Positions 49,597 through 61,904 of a stretch of 64,000 nt of DNA are shown one piece after another (the stretch's first letter is position 1; the number at the start of each line of letters is the position of its first letter). The notes under the pieces were generated by a model, which was not told where the DNA came from, made no database searches, and saw only the letters and a program-made list of their open reading frames with translations. The translations under genes were made by a program, and so were the position numbers. Source of the DNA: Calcarisporiella thermophila CBS 279.70 (taxonomy: Eukaryota > Fungi > Calcarisporiellomycota); assembly GCF_041956535.1 (NCBI RefSeq), contig NW_027192192.1:995796-1059795 (forward strand), read 5' to 3'.

Positions 49597-50227
49597 CAAT
49601 ATAATAAAGATTCTCTATTTATCCCGTGACCCACAGGGTGATAGCCTTGGAAGTCGTGGACAAATTGTAAGATGGTTACTTCAGACTACCATGTGTTTTT
49701 ACCTGGCTAGCAAAGAGAGAAAGATGGAATAGACCAGGAAGGGAATAGCAAAGAAAAAGAAAAGGAAGAAGGACGACGAAAAGTGAGAGGAGAGAAAGAA
49801 TAGATAGGAAGAAGGCGAGAAAGAGAAAGAGAGGAGAAAGAGAAAAAGAAAGAGAAGTGGGGAAATACCGGAGGAGAACGGCCTAGTTTTAGGCCCAAAA
49901 CTTCGACAATTCTTGGTTTCCTATTTGGGCGTAGATGGAGAATGCCCGATTTTGACAGTTCTAGGCTGAATATAAAACCATACAATCGGCAAGCTCCAGG
50001 GAGACGCATTCGTGTAACTCGCGTGGGGACTTATATCAAATCAGCCCCTATCTCTCCTGTTTGTTTTCGTTCGCTCTGTAAATTTCCAAAATTTTCGATT
50101 ATTTTCCTGCCCTTGTAAGAATCCTGCGTGCTTGCCATTCTCCACTGATTATCGGCCTGCTCTATTGCTGCGCTCCATAGCCTTCATCCATTTCCTCAAG
50201 TGTTGTTCTCTGGCCTTGCCCAACTTC

Positions 50228-52152
50228 ATGCACCGGACTCCCAACGCTGGACCTCTAGAGAACAATGGCGGCAGGTTTCATGAATATGAATCAGCATTTC
50301 CCCTCTTCCACTCCCCAGTGACCCCGAAAAAACGCCGGCTAACGTACCGGCACTGGATCGTGCTGCTGCTGGCATGTCTGTTGCTCTTTGGCAACTATTA
50401 TGCATACGAGCTACCTGCGGTAGGTTTTATTTTATATGAAATCTGATTATTCCAATGTCCCAAAAGAAATGACCTCACACTGTCTTGGACTTCTTTAGGC
50501 GCTTAATCTCCAACTCAACGAGCGATTGGGCTCCGATTATGCGACGTGGCAGTATCAGCTCAATCTTCTCTTCACCATATCCTCTCTTCCCAACATATTT
50601 ATGCCCCTGCTAGGAGGCGTCGGCGTTGACCGCTTGGGCGCGGATCGAATGCTTATCGCTTTTACATTCTTTGTATGTATCGGGCAAGTTCTCTTCGCCT
50701 TTGGCGTGTATATACGCTCTTTTTCAATCATGTGTATCGGGAGACTAATCTACGGTATTGGCGGTGGAAGCCTTGAGGTCAGCCAGGCTAAAATCACCAC
50801 CGACTGGTTCAAATCGTATGCGCTCTCTTTTGCACTTGGAATGGTAAGTTTTTTTTTCCCTCCTTGCCCTAGGGTCCATTTTTCCACGACAACTAACACA
50901 TATATACTCCATCAAGAACCTATCCATTGCCAGAGTAGCCTCCGCCCTGAACTACACAGTCTCTCCGAACATAGATCAAAAGCTTGGTGTCGTCTCTGCC
51001 TGCTGGGCCGCCGCTTTCCTGTGTATACTCTCTGCGTTCTGCGCCACCGCCCTCATCCGCCTCGATCGACCTGAATCGCGCATGCGTGCCGGGGTCAGTT
51101 TTGACGGGAAACGCCACGTCGGCACTATCGTACGGTCGGAGTCTGGTATTCCACAGGCGTTCTTAACGGACGAGGAGCGAGAGGATACCTTCGACGAGGA
51201 TGACAAGATGAACCTGAAGGAGATATTCTCGCTACGGCTCGCCTTCTGGGTGCTATGCTTGATTTGTATTATGCTTTATGGTAAAATGCGCTTTGCTCGT
51301 TAGAGTTTGCTTATGGCGAGGTCCACTCACACTTGACTATATTTTATGTTGCCTTTTACAGGGGCCATCCAGCCATTCATGCACATCAGTTCCGACTTCC
51401 TTCAGAGCAAATGGTACTATGGCCAGCCGCACCTGGCGGGGCTGGTTCAATCGATCCCCGATAGTATCGCCTCCATCCTCTCTCCTCTGTGCGGCTTTCT
51501 GGTGGACACACACGGCCACCGCGGCACGCTCTTGCCCATCTCGGCGGCGATCATGGGCGCCAGCCACTTGGTGCTGGCCCTGTGCCGGCTCACCCCGGTG
51601 GTTGGATTCGCGGGCCTGGGGCTGGGGTATTCCTTGTTTGCCAGCGTGCTCTGGCCGTGTGTACCACTGCTCGTCGACCACACGCAACTCGGAACCGCCT
51701 ATGGGCTGTGCACCGTGGCGCTGAACCTGTCGCTCACGGGGTTCCCGCTTCTCGTTGCTCAGCTGCGCCAGTTTGTCGGCTTCGACCAGGTGGTGGTCTT
51801 TTTCTCCTCCCTTGCTCTCCTCGGCATGCTCCTTGGCATCTGGCTGTGTATCCTGGATCTTCGCATGGGCAGCCCGCTCCAGAAGGTCCATACGGAGCAC
51901 CACCTCGACACGGAGCCGCCGCAGAGCGGGCTGACAACGCGGGTGGTGAGTGACGGTGTGATCACGGTGGTGCCCCACCGGCACTCCATGACGGAGTGGA
52001 CCGACGATGCGGGAGTGGTGCACCACATCTGCGGCAGCGTCACCAAGACAAACGGCGAACAGGAGCCACTGATGAACTATATCTCAACGAACGGCTCGGT
52101 CCCCGTTAGAGGCGGCGAGGCGTATGGAACCATGCCCCAATCATGGAAGTAG
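50228..52152 (+). CDS. MFSD1: MFS transporter, MFSD1-like (vacuolar/lysosomal)
   Basis: FGNYYAYELPA|AL, LFTISSLPNIFMPLLGG..VDRLG, GRLIYGIGG, SVLWPCVPLLV, LGTAYGL; acidic dileucine-like EQEPLM in tail; 3 introns. Confidence 0.88.
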
Positions 52153-52972
52153 ACTTGCTTTTATATATATATTTTTTTCTCTCGTGAAGATATGCCTCTT
52201 CTTATCTGGATAAGCCAAGTTATAGATTTCCATAGCTATTTTTTATTTTTTTTTTGTTTTACTTCTGGGATGAGCAAGGGGCTATGGCTTGTTTTTGGTT
52301 TGTCCACTCGCCTGTAAATTTCTGCTTTTCATTTATGACAAATACTTTGTTGTTATATTTTCCATTTCTCTCCTTCCCTGCTTCCCCTTGATATTTACCC
52401 CCCCCTTTTTTATAGGACGTCACTTTTGGATGTCTTCAGTTGCCTATTCTTATCTATATCTATCCACCTATCTATCTATTTACAGACACGCAGATATCGG
52501 ACGGAGCACTTTGTATACATCTTCTCATCTAAATAAAAAAAGTTCATTACCAAAAAAAATGAGCGAGAGTTTTTCTTTTTTTACATTTTTTTCTTTTCTC
52601 TTTAGAAGAAGCACACGCAAGCTACACAAAAGCTACATGTTGATAATGAGAGAATGAAAAAAAAAGCATAGAAAGAAAAGAGTGCACATTAGATAACACA
52701 AAAGAAGAGAAAGGAAAGAAAATGCAATCAACTCGAAACAAAAAAAAAAATAAATAAATAGGGGGAAAATGCTAGAAACAAAGAAAAATGCAAACGAAAG
52801 TATTTTTTCCAAAAAGAAATGAAAGACGAAGTATAATAACAGTAAGAAATAGAGCTGGAGATAAGTACTAGAGGGATAAAAATAGGGAGGGGGGGGGAGG
52901 CGAGAACAAGATAGGCATATAAATCGAGATAGCAATAGATATTGACACACAAAACGGCAGCCTGCAAGAGCT

Positions 52973-55900
52973 TCAAGAGACGTAGAGGTGGACGGCCCCC
53001 GCTATGCTAGCAAACGCGAGCCGAACATCCTCATCCGAGTTCATGGTGACCATGTCCCCATCCTCGTCCTGGAACTTGATCCATAGCCGGTCCCCCTCCG
53101 CTTGGGTCGCCTGGGGGTTGCGCCGGATCTTGAGCTCGATCTTGGCCATCAGCTCGGAGAAGGGGATCGTGGTGGGAACCGTGATGACATACATGTCCTG
53201 GCCATAGTTCAACTTGAGTTTCCGCTGCGGCGCTCTCGGATCTGCCGTCGTCGAGGAGGCTATACTGCGGGACGCTTCGGAGCTGAAAGAGGACGCGAAC
53301 GGATCAGCAGCAGGTGGAGAGGTGGGCGTTTTATCCGCGTAGTTATAGTAGTAGTCCAGGGCCTCGGGCCAGACGCAGTAGGTGTCTGGAGCTACCTCTT
53401 CGGGGGGAGGATCGACTTTTCTCGAGGGAGCTGGCCGTGCGGGCTCGCGGTGTTTGGGAGGGGATGGAGGGGCGTCGGCGGAGAAATCTGGCGGGGGTGG
53501 GGGCGGGAGTGGGGCAGTCGGGGGAGGTGCGGTAGGGGGGGGTGGCAGTGATGAGGGAGGCGCTTGCCGCGTGGGTCGCCACGGTGCAGTGGGGAGAGCC
53601 TGTGATCTCGGGNNNNNNNNNNNNNNNNNNNNNNNNNNNNNNNNNNNNNNNNNNNNNNNNNNNNNNNNNNNNNNNNNNNNNNNNNNNNNNNNNNNNNNNN
53701 NNNNNNNNNNNNNNNNNNNNNNNNNNNNNNNNNNNNNNNNNNNNNNNNNNNNNNNNNNNNNNNNNNNNNNNNNNNNNNNNNNNNNNNNNNNNNNNNNNNN
53801 NNNNNNNNNNNNNNNNNNNNNNNNNNNNNNNNNNNNNNNNNNNNNNNNNNNNNNNNNNNNNNNNNNNNNNNNNNNNNNNNNNNNNNNNNNNNNNNNNNNN
53901 NNNNNNNNNNNNNNNNNNNNNNNNNNNNNNNNNNNNNNNNNNNNNNNNNNNNNNNNNNNNNNNNNNNNNNNNNNNNNNNNNNNNNNNNNNNNNNNNNNNN
54001 NNNNNNNNNNNNNNNNNNNNNNNNNNNNNNNNNNNNNNNNNNNNNNNNNNNNNNNNNNNNNNNNNNNNNNNNNNNNNNNNNNNNNNNNNNNNNNNNNNNN
54101 NNNNNNNNNNNNNNNNNNNNNNNNNNNNNNNNNNNNNNNNNNNNNNNNNNNNNNNNNNNNNNNNNNNNNNNNNNNNNNNNNNNNNNNNNNNNNNNNNNNN
54201 NNNNNNNNNNNNNNNNNNNNNNNNNNNNNNNNNNNNNNNNNNNNNNNNNNNNNNNNNNNNNNNNNNNNNNNNNNNNNNNNNNNNNNNNNNNNNNNNNNNN
54301 NNNNNNNNNNNNNNNNNNNNNNNNNNNNNNNNNNNNNNNNNNNNNNNNNNNNNNNNNNNNNNNNNNNNNNNNNNNNNNNNNNNNNNNNNNNNNNNNNNNN
54401 NNNNNNNNNNNNNNNNNNNNNNNNNNNNNNNNNNNNNNNNNNNNNNNNNNNNNNNNNNNNNNNNNNNNNNNNNNNNNNNNNNNNNNNNNNNNNNNNNNNN
54501 NNNNNNNNNNNNNNNNNNNNNNNNNNNNNNNNNNNNNNNNNNNNNNNNNNNNNNNNAACCGCGCCATCTCTCTGGGGGGGCTCTTCATTGCCTTCTTAAC
54601 GGGGAACGGGTCGGAGCGGGGTCGCCGCCATGATTTTTCCCTCTGTCGACTTCTCCTCCAACCTCTCCCCTTCTCCTCCTCCTCCTCCTCCTCCCTCCTC
54701 TTCCTCCTCCTCCTCCAAGATCTCGAAACTCGTCGCTTGCGAGTCTGTGTAGGGAGTGGGCGGGAAACTCGGGCTGCCCTCGCTGGGGGATTCGGTGGAG
54801 GGGGTAGGGGGATGGTGGTTGCCCATTAGCTTCTCCCAGGAAGGCCCGGAGACGGGTTTGGACTCGGGTGGGATCTGGTGGAGGGACGAGGAGAGATCTT
54901 GGGTTTGGGCTCGTTGCCTCAACGAGGGCCGCTCCATGGTTCTCGCAGTGGGGCCAGCCGATACATGCGACGCACTCGCACTTCGCGGCTTCGTTGAGGT
55001 GGACCGCTCGGGGGAAGGGACGGGCGTTCTTAGCTCTCCCAACATGGCGGCCGCCTTTGGGTTCGCTTGAAGGCGGTTGATCTGGCTTCGATTCCGCAGG
55101 CGGTCGATCATGCGTGCCCACTGGTGCATCACCTCCTCATTCCGGCACATCAGGGTAAACCAATTGCTTCCCGAATCGAAGTCGCGATAAGTAATGTCCA
55201 GGAAAAAGCCATCTACAGGAGACAGGGGGAAGAGGGGGGGGGATTGAGTCTTCGTTAGTTTTCATTTCCTGGGGGGATCCAATCCCGAATCTTTCCACAG
55301 AAACACCCTTACCTCCTTTCTGCGGCTTCACCTCCATCAGCATGTCCAGCAACACCTTCAGTTTCAGCCGGAGACTAGGCCGCCGTTTGCGCGACTCCTT
55401 CTCCTTGAAAAGAAACAAGGCGCCATCGAACAGATAGGCCTTGAGTTCACGCGTCGCATTCTCTCCGCCGCTGATCAGCATGATGAAGCTGTCGGAACTC
55501 GTGCTAAACATCACGGTGAAATCCTCCGCAAGACGCAGCTTGCCATAGGACTCTAGGGCCATATCCTAAAAATGGGAGAGCTCGGGTAAGCTTCTTCTGG
55601 TCGTGGGGCCACAATTGCTCGTCAAACAGCAGGCTTACCCTCCAGTCCTCCACCCGCGACTTGAGATCATCCTCCAGCTCCTGGTTTTCAATGGCTCGTT
55701 TAGCCTCGTTGACCCGCTCTACCGCGCGCTTGATCGCCTCCAACCCCTGCACTTGCTCCTGATAATAGGGATGGTCCTGCTCGGTGTACTTGACCAGCTC
55801 GGCCATTAGAAGAGCGTATTTGCACACGCGTTGGACGGGTTTGATGAGGAGGCTGGGCAGCTCCAGCCCCGGCTCCACCCCCAACTCCGCCTCCTTCAAC

Positions 55901-57030
55901 ACGGTGGTGTATGCGAGCGCGGTTTCGTTCGCCGCGTCATAGTTGCTGCAATAGGTCTGGTAACAGCCAAAGCCTCCTTCCATGCGGATAAACAGTTCGC
56001 CGAAGCGCTGCTCCCTCGGGGGTTTGTCGGCGTTGGACTCTATTCCAACCAGAAAGCGGCGCTGGAAGTCGACGATCTCGTTCAGGTTGGAGAAGATTTG
56101 GAAAACCTTGTCCGGAGGCAGGATCTGGTGGGTTGAGAGTGCGTGCATATACCGCTGGAGGCGTTCGAGATCTTGGACGTAGCGAAGCTCCGTGGTGCGC
56201 AGCTCGACGATGACTTTCGACCGCGGGTCGGAGCCGGCAGCCGTAGAAGGGGTGGAGAGAGGAGTGTCGAGCTGTGCAGGGGCACGGGAGATGCCGAGCC
56301 CTACGAGGGGAGCGCGGATGACCCCGCTCTCCTGGAGTTTTTGGAGGACAACATTGAGGGTGTTTACGACCTGGATGTATAAAGACGAAACGTGGGTCAA
56401 TCACTGGATATTGCAAATTCATGGAAAATAAAACAGGGAAAAAATGGAAACAGCATCAATCTGCAACCAGGGGAGGGGAGAGGGGGGAGGCGAGAGACAA
56501 AGCATTTCGAAAGCACCACTTGCCTTTACAAATCCATTGGTATCATCCTGGAATACGTCTCCGATTCGGAACAGCACTTCCTCCGGCAAACGAAGCTGGT
56601 CACGGCATGCAATTATGAAATGGTATACGCTTGCCTTTCTCGCATTGGTGTTGGAAAGTGCTCCGGAGCTCGAGTGATTCACCTTGAGCTTTTGCTTGAT
56701 TCCGGGCAGCTCATTGAAGAGCATGCACAGGGAATCACCTATTCGGCAGAACTGCCACAGAATATGCAGAGGATCAGTATCGGAGGCCTCCTCATTGGCC
56801 TTGCGAAGATAGTCTGCCGCGGAGGGCAGCTGGGCGATGAGCTCCAGGGCCGTGCGACAGTCCTGATAGAGAGAAAGGCCGGTGGTGGAGCGATAGGCAA
56901 TCACAGAGGGTTTAGCCGGGGGAGGGGGAGGGGGAGGGGTGGGGGAGGAGGGGCGCCGGGAGAGCGAGGCATAGTCTTGGGCGGGAGGGCGTGGCAGGAA
57001 TGAGTTGGCAGTATGGACTATCGTGGTCAT
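52973..57030 (-). CDS. CDC24: Cdc42 GEF Cdc24/Scd1 (CH-DH-PH-PB1); interrupted by assembly gap and an apparent 1-nt frameshift
   Basis: CH DPLHILWQFCRIGDSLC..DTNGFVK|VV; DH ELRTTELRYVQDLE..LIKPVQRVCKY; PH YGKLRL..AYLFDGAL; PB1 IKFQDEDGDMVTMNSDEDV. Confidence 0.93.
53613..54556. other. Assembly gap (944 N)
   Basis: Run of n within the Pro-rich linker of CDC24. Confidence 1.
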
Positions 57031-57910
57031 GTCAAAGGGATATGGAACACCACCCGACTCTGCTGTGAATCAACAATAGCTTAGTCCTAATTCTGTAAGC
57101 AAGGAGAGGGGAAGCGAGCTAGGGGTTGGGTATGCAATCCACGATCCGCAGCTTCCGTCTCGACAACAAATGGGCAACAAAGAGCTATAGGGCGGGCCTG
57201 GCAGGAAGAAAGGGGAAAAGAAGAAGAGCTGCTGAAAAAAGCACACTTTGAAGCAAAGGGGAGAAAGAACGATATCCCGAAATGGACCCACTCCCGATAC
57301 GATCCCTTTCTGCTGGCCTTGGCCCCTCTCCGCTCACCCACTTCCTGCTTTCTTTATCGATTCCGTGCTCGCCTCGCTTGTTTGCTCACGGATTATTTAA
57401 GCTCAAGCTGGTCTCCGAAAAAAAATGGGGCTTGCGCAACCGGCACAAATCCACACGGATCGCGACGAGTCACGAAATGCCCAATATGGCTGAAAGCGCG
57501 AATCGAGCGGAGGCGGGGTGGGCCCAGATCCCCCGCCCCGTGACTGCGTCTCCTGCGAAGCGATCTTCCTTTCCAGTGCTCTGCTTAGTTTATTGACACC
57601 GCAAGCTCGATAGCGCTTGTGCGCTTCAAGCACATTACATCACAACTTGTCCTCGTGCCAAACGGAATGAGGAGGAGAAATTAAAGTATCACCCTGCTAG
57701 CCTCGCCTTCATTCCAAGCCTAAATGGTTGGCTTTGCAAAAGAAGAGGAACACATGTCAAAATCAGATAGCTACAGGTCATTGGGATCTGTCAAAGCCAA
57801 ATCGGAAAAAAGTAAAATAAAGGCAAATAAATAGGATGACAGAAATGGGAGGGGGGAACCCGGGAGGAGGAGGGGGGGAGAAGAAGGAGGAAATGGCATA
57901 GAAATACATG

Positions 57911-58899
57911 CTATAGCACCACAATCAAGAGAAAGAGGATCAACGATAGTATCGCAATAGTATAGCATCCCCCTAATAATGATCCATTGGGAAGCAGAGA
58001 TTGGTTACTTCAAGCAATGACTCCCGAGGGATTCTCTCACACACTTACAATTCTTCGAGGCCTGCTTCCCCACCTCGGCCAATCGGCGCTTGGCCCGCTT
58101 AAGCCTGCTATCTGTGCCGTCCACTGCACTATCCACGTCGTCCAGCAGCTCCATATGTGTATCCAGCTCATCCCCAATCAAAAGCCCAAGTTCTCGCTGC
58201 CGTCCCACTGCCGAGCTCAGGTGCTCCAGGTTTTCATCTTGGTCTAAAAGGATGGGAAAAATACCAACGGAAACACACGAGCGTCAATCCATGCCACCTC
58301 CCCTGGTGAGGGTAGAGCAATAAGCACAAAGGCTACCTTCCATGATACGTTGCTGAAGCTGTAAGAGCTGTCCACTTTCAAGATCGTCGGGCTCCACCAC
58401 TTGATCTGCAAAATGGACCGTCCGCTTCGTAGATTTCGGGGGTTTTCCCAGTAATAATTCCCTAATGAAAAGGCGAGCCGAATCAGGCCAGGTGGAGAAA
58501 TACTACAAAAATGACGGCCAATAGACTCACCTTGCGGTCGCGTCATTTCTATCCTGAGCCAAGGCCTCCACTTTCTCCACCTGCTGTGTCAAGTTAATAA
58601 GAGTGGTTTCCATCTCTTCCAAATCCTTCGCGTTTCTGCGTGAGAAAAAGAGCCGCGGATGAGTTAACATGGCGCAAGACAAATGGATATTTCCTCCCCT
58701 ACCCTCCAGAGCTTTCTGCCTCTGATAGCTGTGCTTCCAGAGTGTGAATTCCCTCCCTCAATTGTTTCGTGTTCCTGCTAATCGTCTCATCGTGCGAATC
58801 AAAGGGAATATTCATGGAGCGACATCGATTCCGCTCCATCACCGTGACCAGGGTGGACTCGGCTAGGACGGAGAGTTTTGCTGCCAGCTTGGTGTCCAT
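57911..58899 (-). CDS. SYN8: Qc-SNARE syntaxin-8-like
   Basis: N-terminal KLSVLAESTLVTVMERNR..QLREGI; SNARE QDENLEHLSSAVGRQRELGLLIGDELDTHMELLDDVD; C-terminal TM YTIAILSLILFLLIVVL. Confidence 0.88.
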
Positions 58900-59534
58900 G
58901 GCGGAGGATAAGAATGGACGAGCAAGAGGTAATCCCAAGATATGAAAATGGAAAGCCCCACTGGCAGCCAAGATTTCTATTTTTTCTGGTGGTCAATTTC
59001 GGAACACAAGCCACGCCTCCACCCGCTCAACCGCTAATGCACCTTTCTTTACTCTAATTTCCACCAGTTTATTTGCCCACGAACCAGAGCCGCTACCTGG
59101 TCTTCGTTGGTTTAGAAGGGCACCTCCCCTATAAAATAGACGAGTGGGTAGAGAGAAGAGTGCCTAATGATGCATCGAAAACACGACACTCTATATAGGA
59201 TTGAATTCACTCTGTGCTCACCAGCCCTTGCAGATCTGCAAATGCTTTATTTTATGCAGCTCATCCTGCTCTGTAAGAGACGTATCCTCTAGTGGAACTA
59301 GGGGATGCCTAGTTAATACAGTAAATATAGCCATCCAAAGTAGAGGATAGAGTCGTAAACATAGGTGCCAACGGGAGGGAACACAACACTGAAGCTTTAT
59401 TTACACAGCCAAGAGGGAATTAAATTTTTAAAATAAAAAAGTTATCAAGAGAGAGTATATATTTACACCACCACTCACTGTCATAAATAGATGTTGGAAA
59501 AACTGACAACAAAGCATTTCTACACAATAAATAG

Positions 59535-59589
59535 CGGGGGCAGGAGGGGGAAGGGGAGGGGGGAGGGGGCGGGGGGGGAGGGGGCGGGG
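59535..59589 (+). repeat. G-run tract (G-quadruplex potential) downstream of sugar porter
   Basis: About eight runs of 4 or more G within 55 nt. Confidence 0.7.
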
Positions 59590-59711
59590 AATAGTCGCAT
59601 CCACCGAAACAACGAATTAGTGTTTTACTAGCGAATAAGGCGGATAAACCTCTCCGTTAAAGCCGCAGGTCATCCGACATGCTGTCCGGCAGCACCCTGT
59701 TGATGGGCCGA

Positions 59712-61904
59712 TCACTTAGCGGCGCTAAGTGTTGGACATGACGAATGGTCTCCGCCGCAGTGGCTGGGTGGTGGAGCCCAAGGTCGCCATCCTTGAGATC
59801 TCCTCCAAAGATTAAATCCATTTCTTCCAACGACTTCCCCTAGCAAAGACCAAAAAAGAAAAGAGGGGTGAGTGAGTATGGTATCCTCTTGAAAAGAAAA
59901 GACGGGATTCAAACCCCTTGAAGAGAGCCGCCTACCTTTGTCTCGGGGAGAAATAAGTACACGAAAAGCCCCATAGCGGCACAGCATATGGCAAAAATGG
60001 CGTACATGGCCCATTCCGAATTGACCATCAGCAGGGGCGAAAGTTGGCCAATGGCCCAGTTGGCGGCCCAGTTGGCCGCGGAGGTGACCGAGTTAGCCTT
60101 TCCACGGATACGCTGGGGGAAAATCTCGGCGGGAATCAGCCAGGTCACGGTGCTCCTTTAGTAGCAAAAGTAAAAGACAGGAAAAGAGTCAATTCCACCC
60201 TCTCCCTCCTCCCACGTTGAAACCCCACGAGAATGTTTACCAGCTATAGGCAAAGCTAGCCACAAATAGGTAAAGCATGATGATGGATGCATACTCGGAG
60301 GCGGGGGAATCGAGCAATAGGGTCGCTTCAGTATTCTCGGCGGGGGTATCTCTCAGCTCGGAGTGAGAGCCCAGCAGTCCACTGACGACGGCCATCGACA
60401 CACACATGAGGAGAGCTCCAGAGATCAGAGTTGGGCGCCGGCCCCACCTATCCACCAAATAAAAGGTGGGGAGCGTGAACACGACTAGAGGGTTTCGATT
60501 AGTGGGTGAGTGGAATTTAAGCAAACGAGATTTCGGAAAGAGGCCCTCACGAGCCCACTTACTATTCACAATCCCGGAGATGCCAGTGGCGAAAAGGGCA
60601 AGCGAATCGGTCCTGAAGCCGATGTTTCGATAGATTTCTATGCAAAAGATATGAAGGGGATCAATGCCGGCGTCACCGCAGCGAAACCAGGCCTACTGGA
60701 GGCGGATCTTCCACTCATCCCTCCGGGTTTTCCAGAGCAAGGGGTCTTACCAGGGGCGAAGAACATCACGGAGTTGATTCCGGTCAGCTGCTGGAACACT
60801 TGCAGGCACACGCCCAGGACCATTCTCCTCCTCAAATTCTCGGGTCCTTTGCGGAACATGGTCCGATAACTATCGCTCACGTAGGTGTGTTCGAAGCGCA
60901 CATTCTGCTTGATCTGTATGTACTCCTGGTTTGCCTCGGCGGCATTCGCCATCAACAGCCTCAGCACGCGCATCGCCTCCGCGTCCCTATTCTTATTCAC
61001 GAGCCACCGCGGCGAGTCCGGAAGAAACATGGTGGCTATGGCGAGGAGAATGGCAGGAATGCACTGGATCGAGAGAGGAATGCGCCACTGCCGGTTGTCT
61101 GGAAGTTCGCTAAAAAAGTAATTGAGCCAGTAACTGAGCGAGATGCCGATGGTGATGGCGAGCTGATACAGGGTGACCACGCGGCCTCTGAGAATCCTAG
61201 GCGCAACTAAAAGAAAAAAAAAAGGAAAGGGGAAGTGACCGAAGTTGGAGGGGTATTTCGGCGCTGTACTCTGAAAGCAACGGAAAACCTACTCTCACTC
61301 TGGTATAGTGGAACAACGACCGAAAAAAGCCCCACCGACAGGCCGGATATAGCTATTAGAAAAAGGACGAGAGGTAGGAGGTTAGCAGCACGTCCCACAG
61401 ATATCCAGAGTAGGGGCCACGAAAGGTACATCTCCCGGTGTATAACTGTGCAAAATCGGTAGCGCTAGCCTGCAATGCGCCACCCAGCAGGAACACCAAC
61501 GCTCCGATGCAGAGGGAATATCGCCGCCCTATTCGGTCAACAAATAATGCGGTGAACAAAGCGCCCAGAAAGCAGCCCGCCATAAGGGAGGATACGATGG
61601 CGCCCTTGAAAGTGGGCCCACCAGGGAAGGTGGCCTTAAAGTGAGCCATGGTGAGGACTCCTGAGACCACCCCAATGTCATAGCCGAACTGAACAGGAAT
61701 CAGGAGAGGATTAGCAAAAGTCCATGTCCTACAAATGTCCTCTGAGAAGAGGGAGCATTACCAGCAAACCTCCAATGGCCGCTACGCTGTTCCCGGGAGA
61801 GCAAATGAAAACAATGGTTAGTTATGATCACGACATTGGCCCATCCTGAAACAACTATCCTGCAAGACGCACCTGGACACCAAGTATATAGAGAAGCGGC
61901 TCAT
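59712..61904 (-). CDS. Sugar porter family MFS transporter
   Basis: AAIGGLL|FGYDIGVVSG, DRIGRR, PLYQSE, YQLAITIGI, PDSPRWL, QQLTGINSVMFFAP, VDRWGRR, AEIFP, PETKG; about 8 introns. Confidence 0.95.

Noticed and set aside
53382-54633. Long poly-X ORFs
   Set aside because: Artefacts of translating the N gap.
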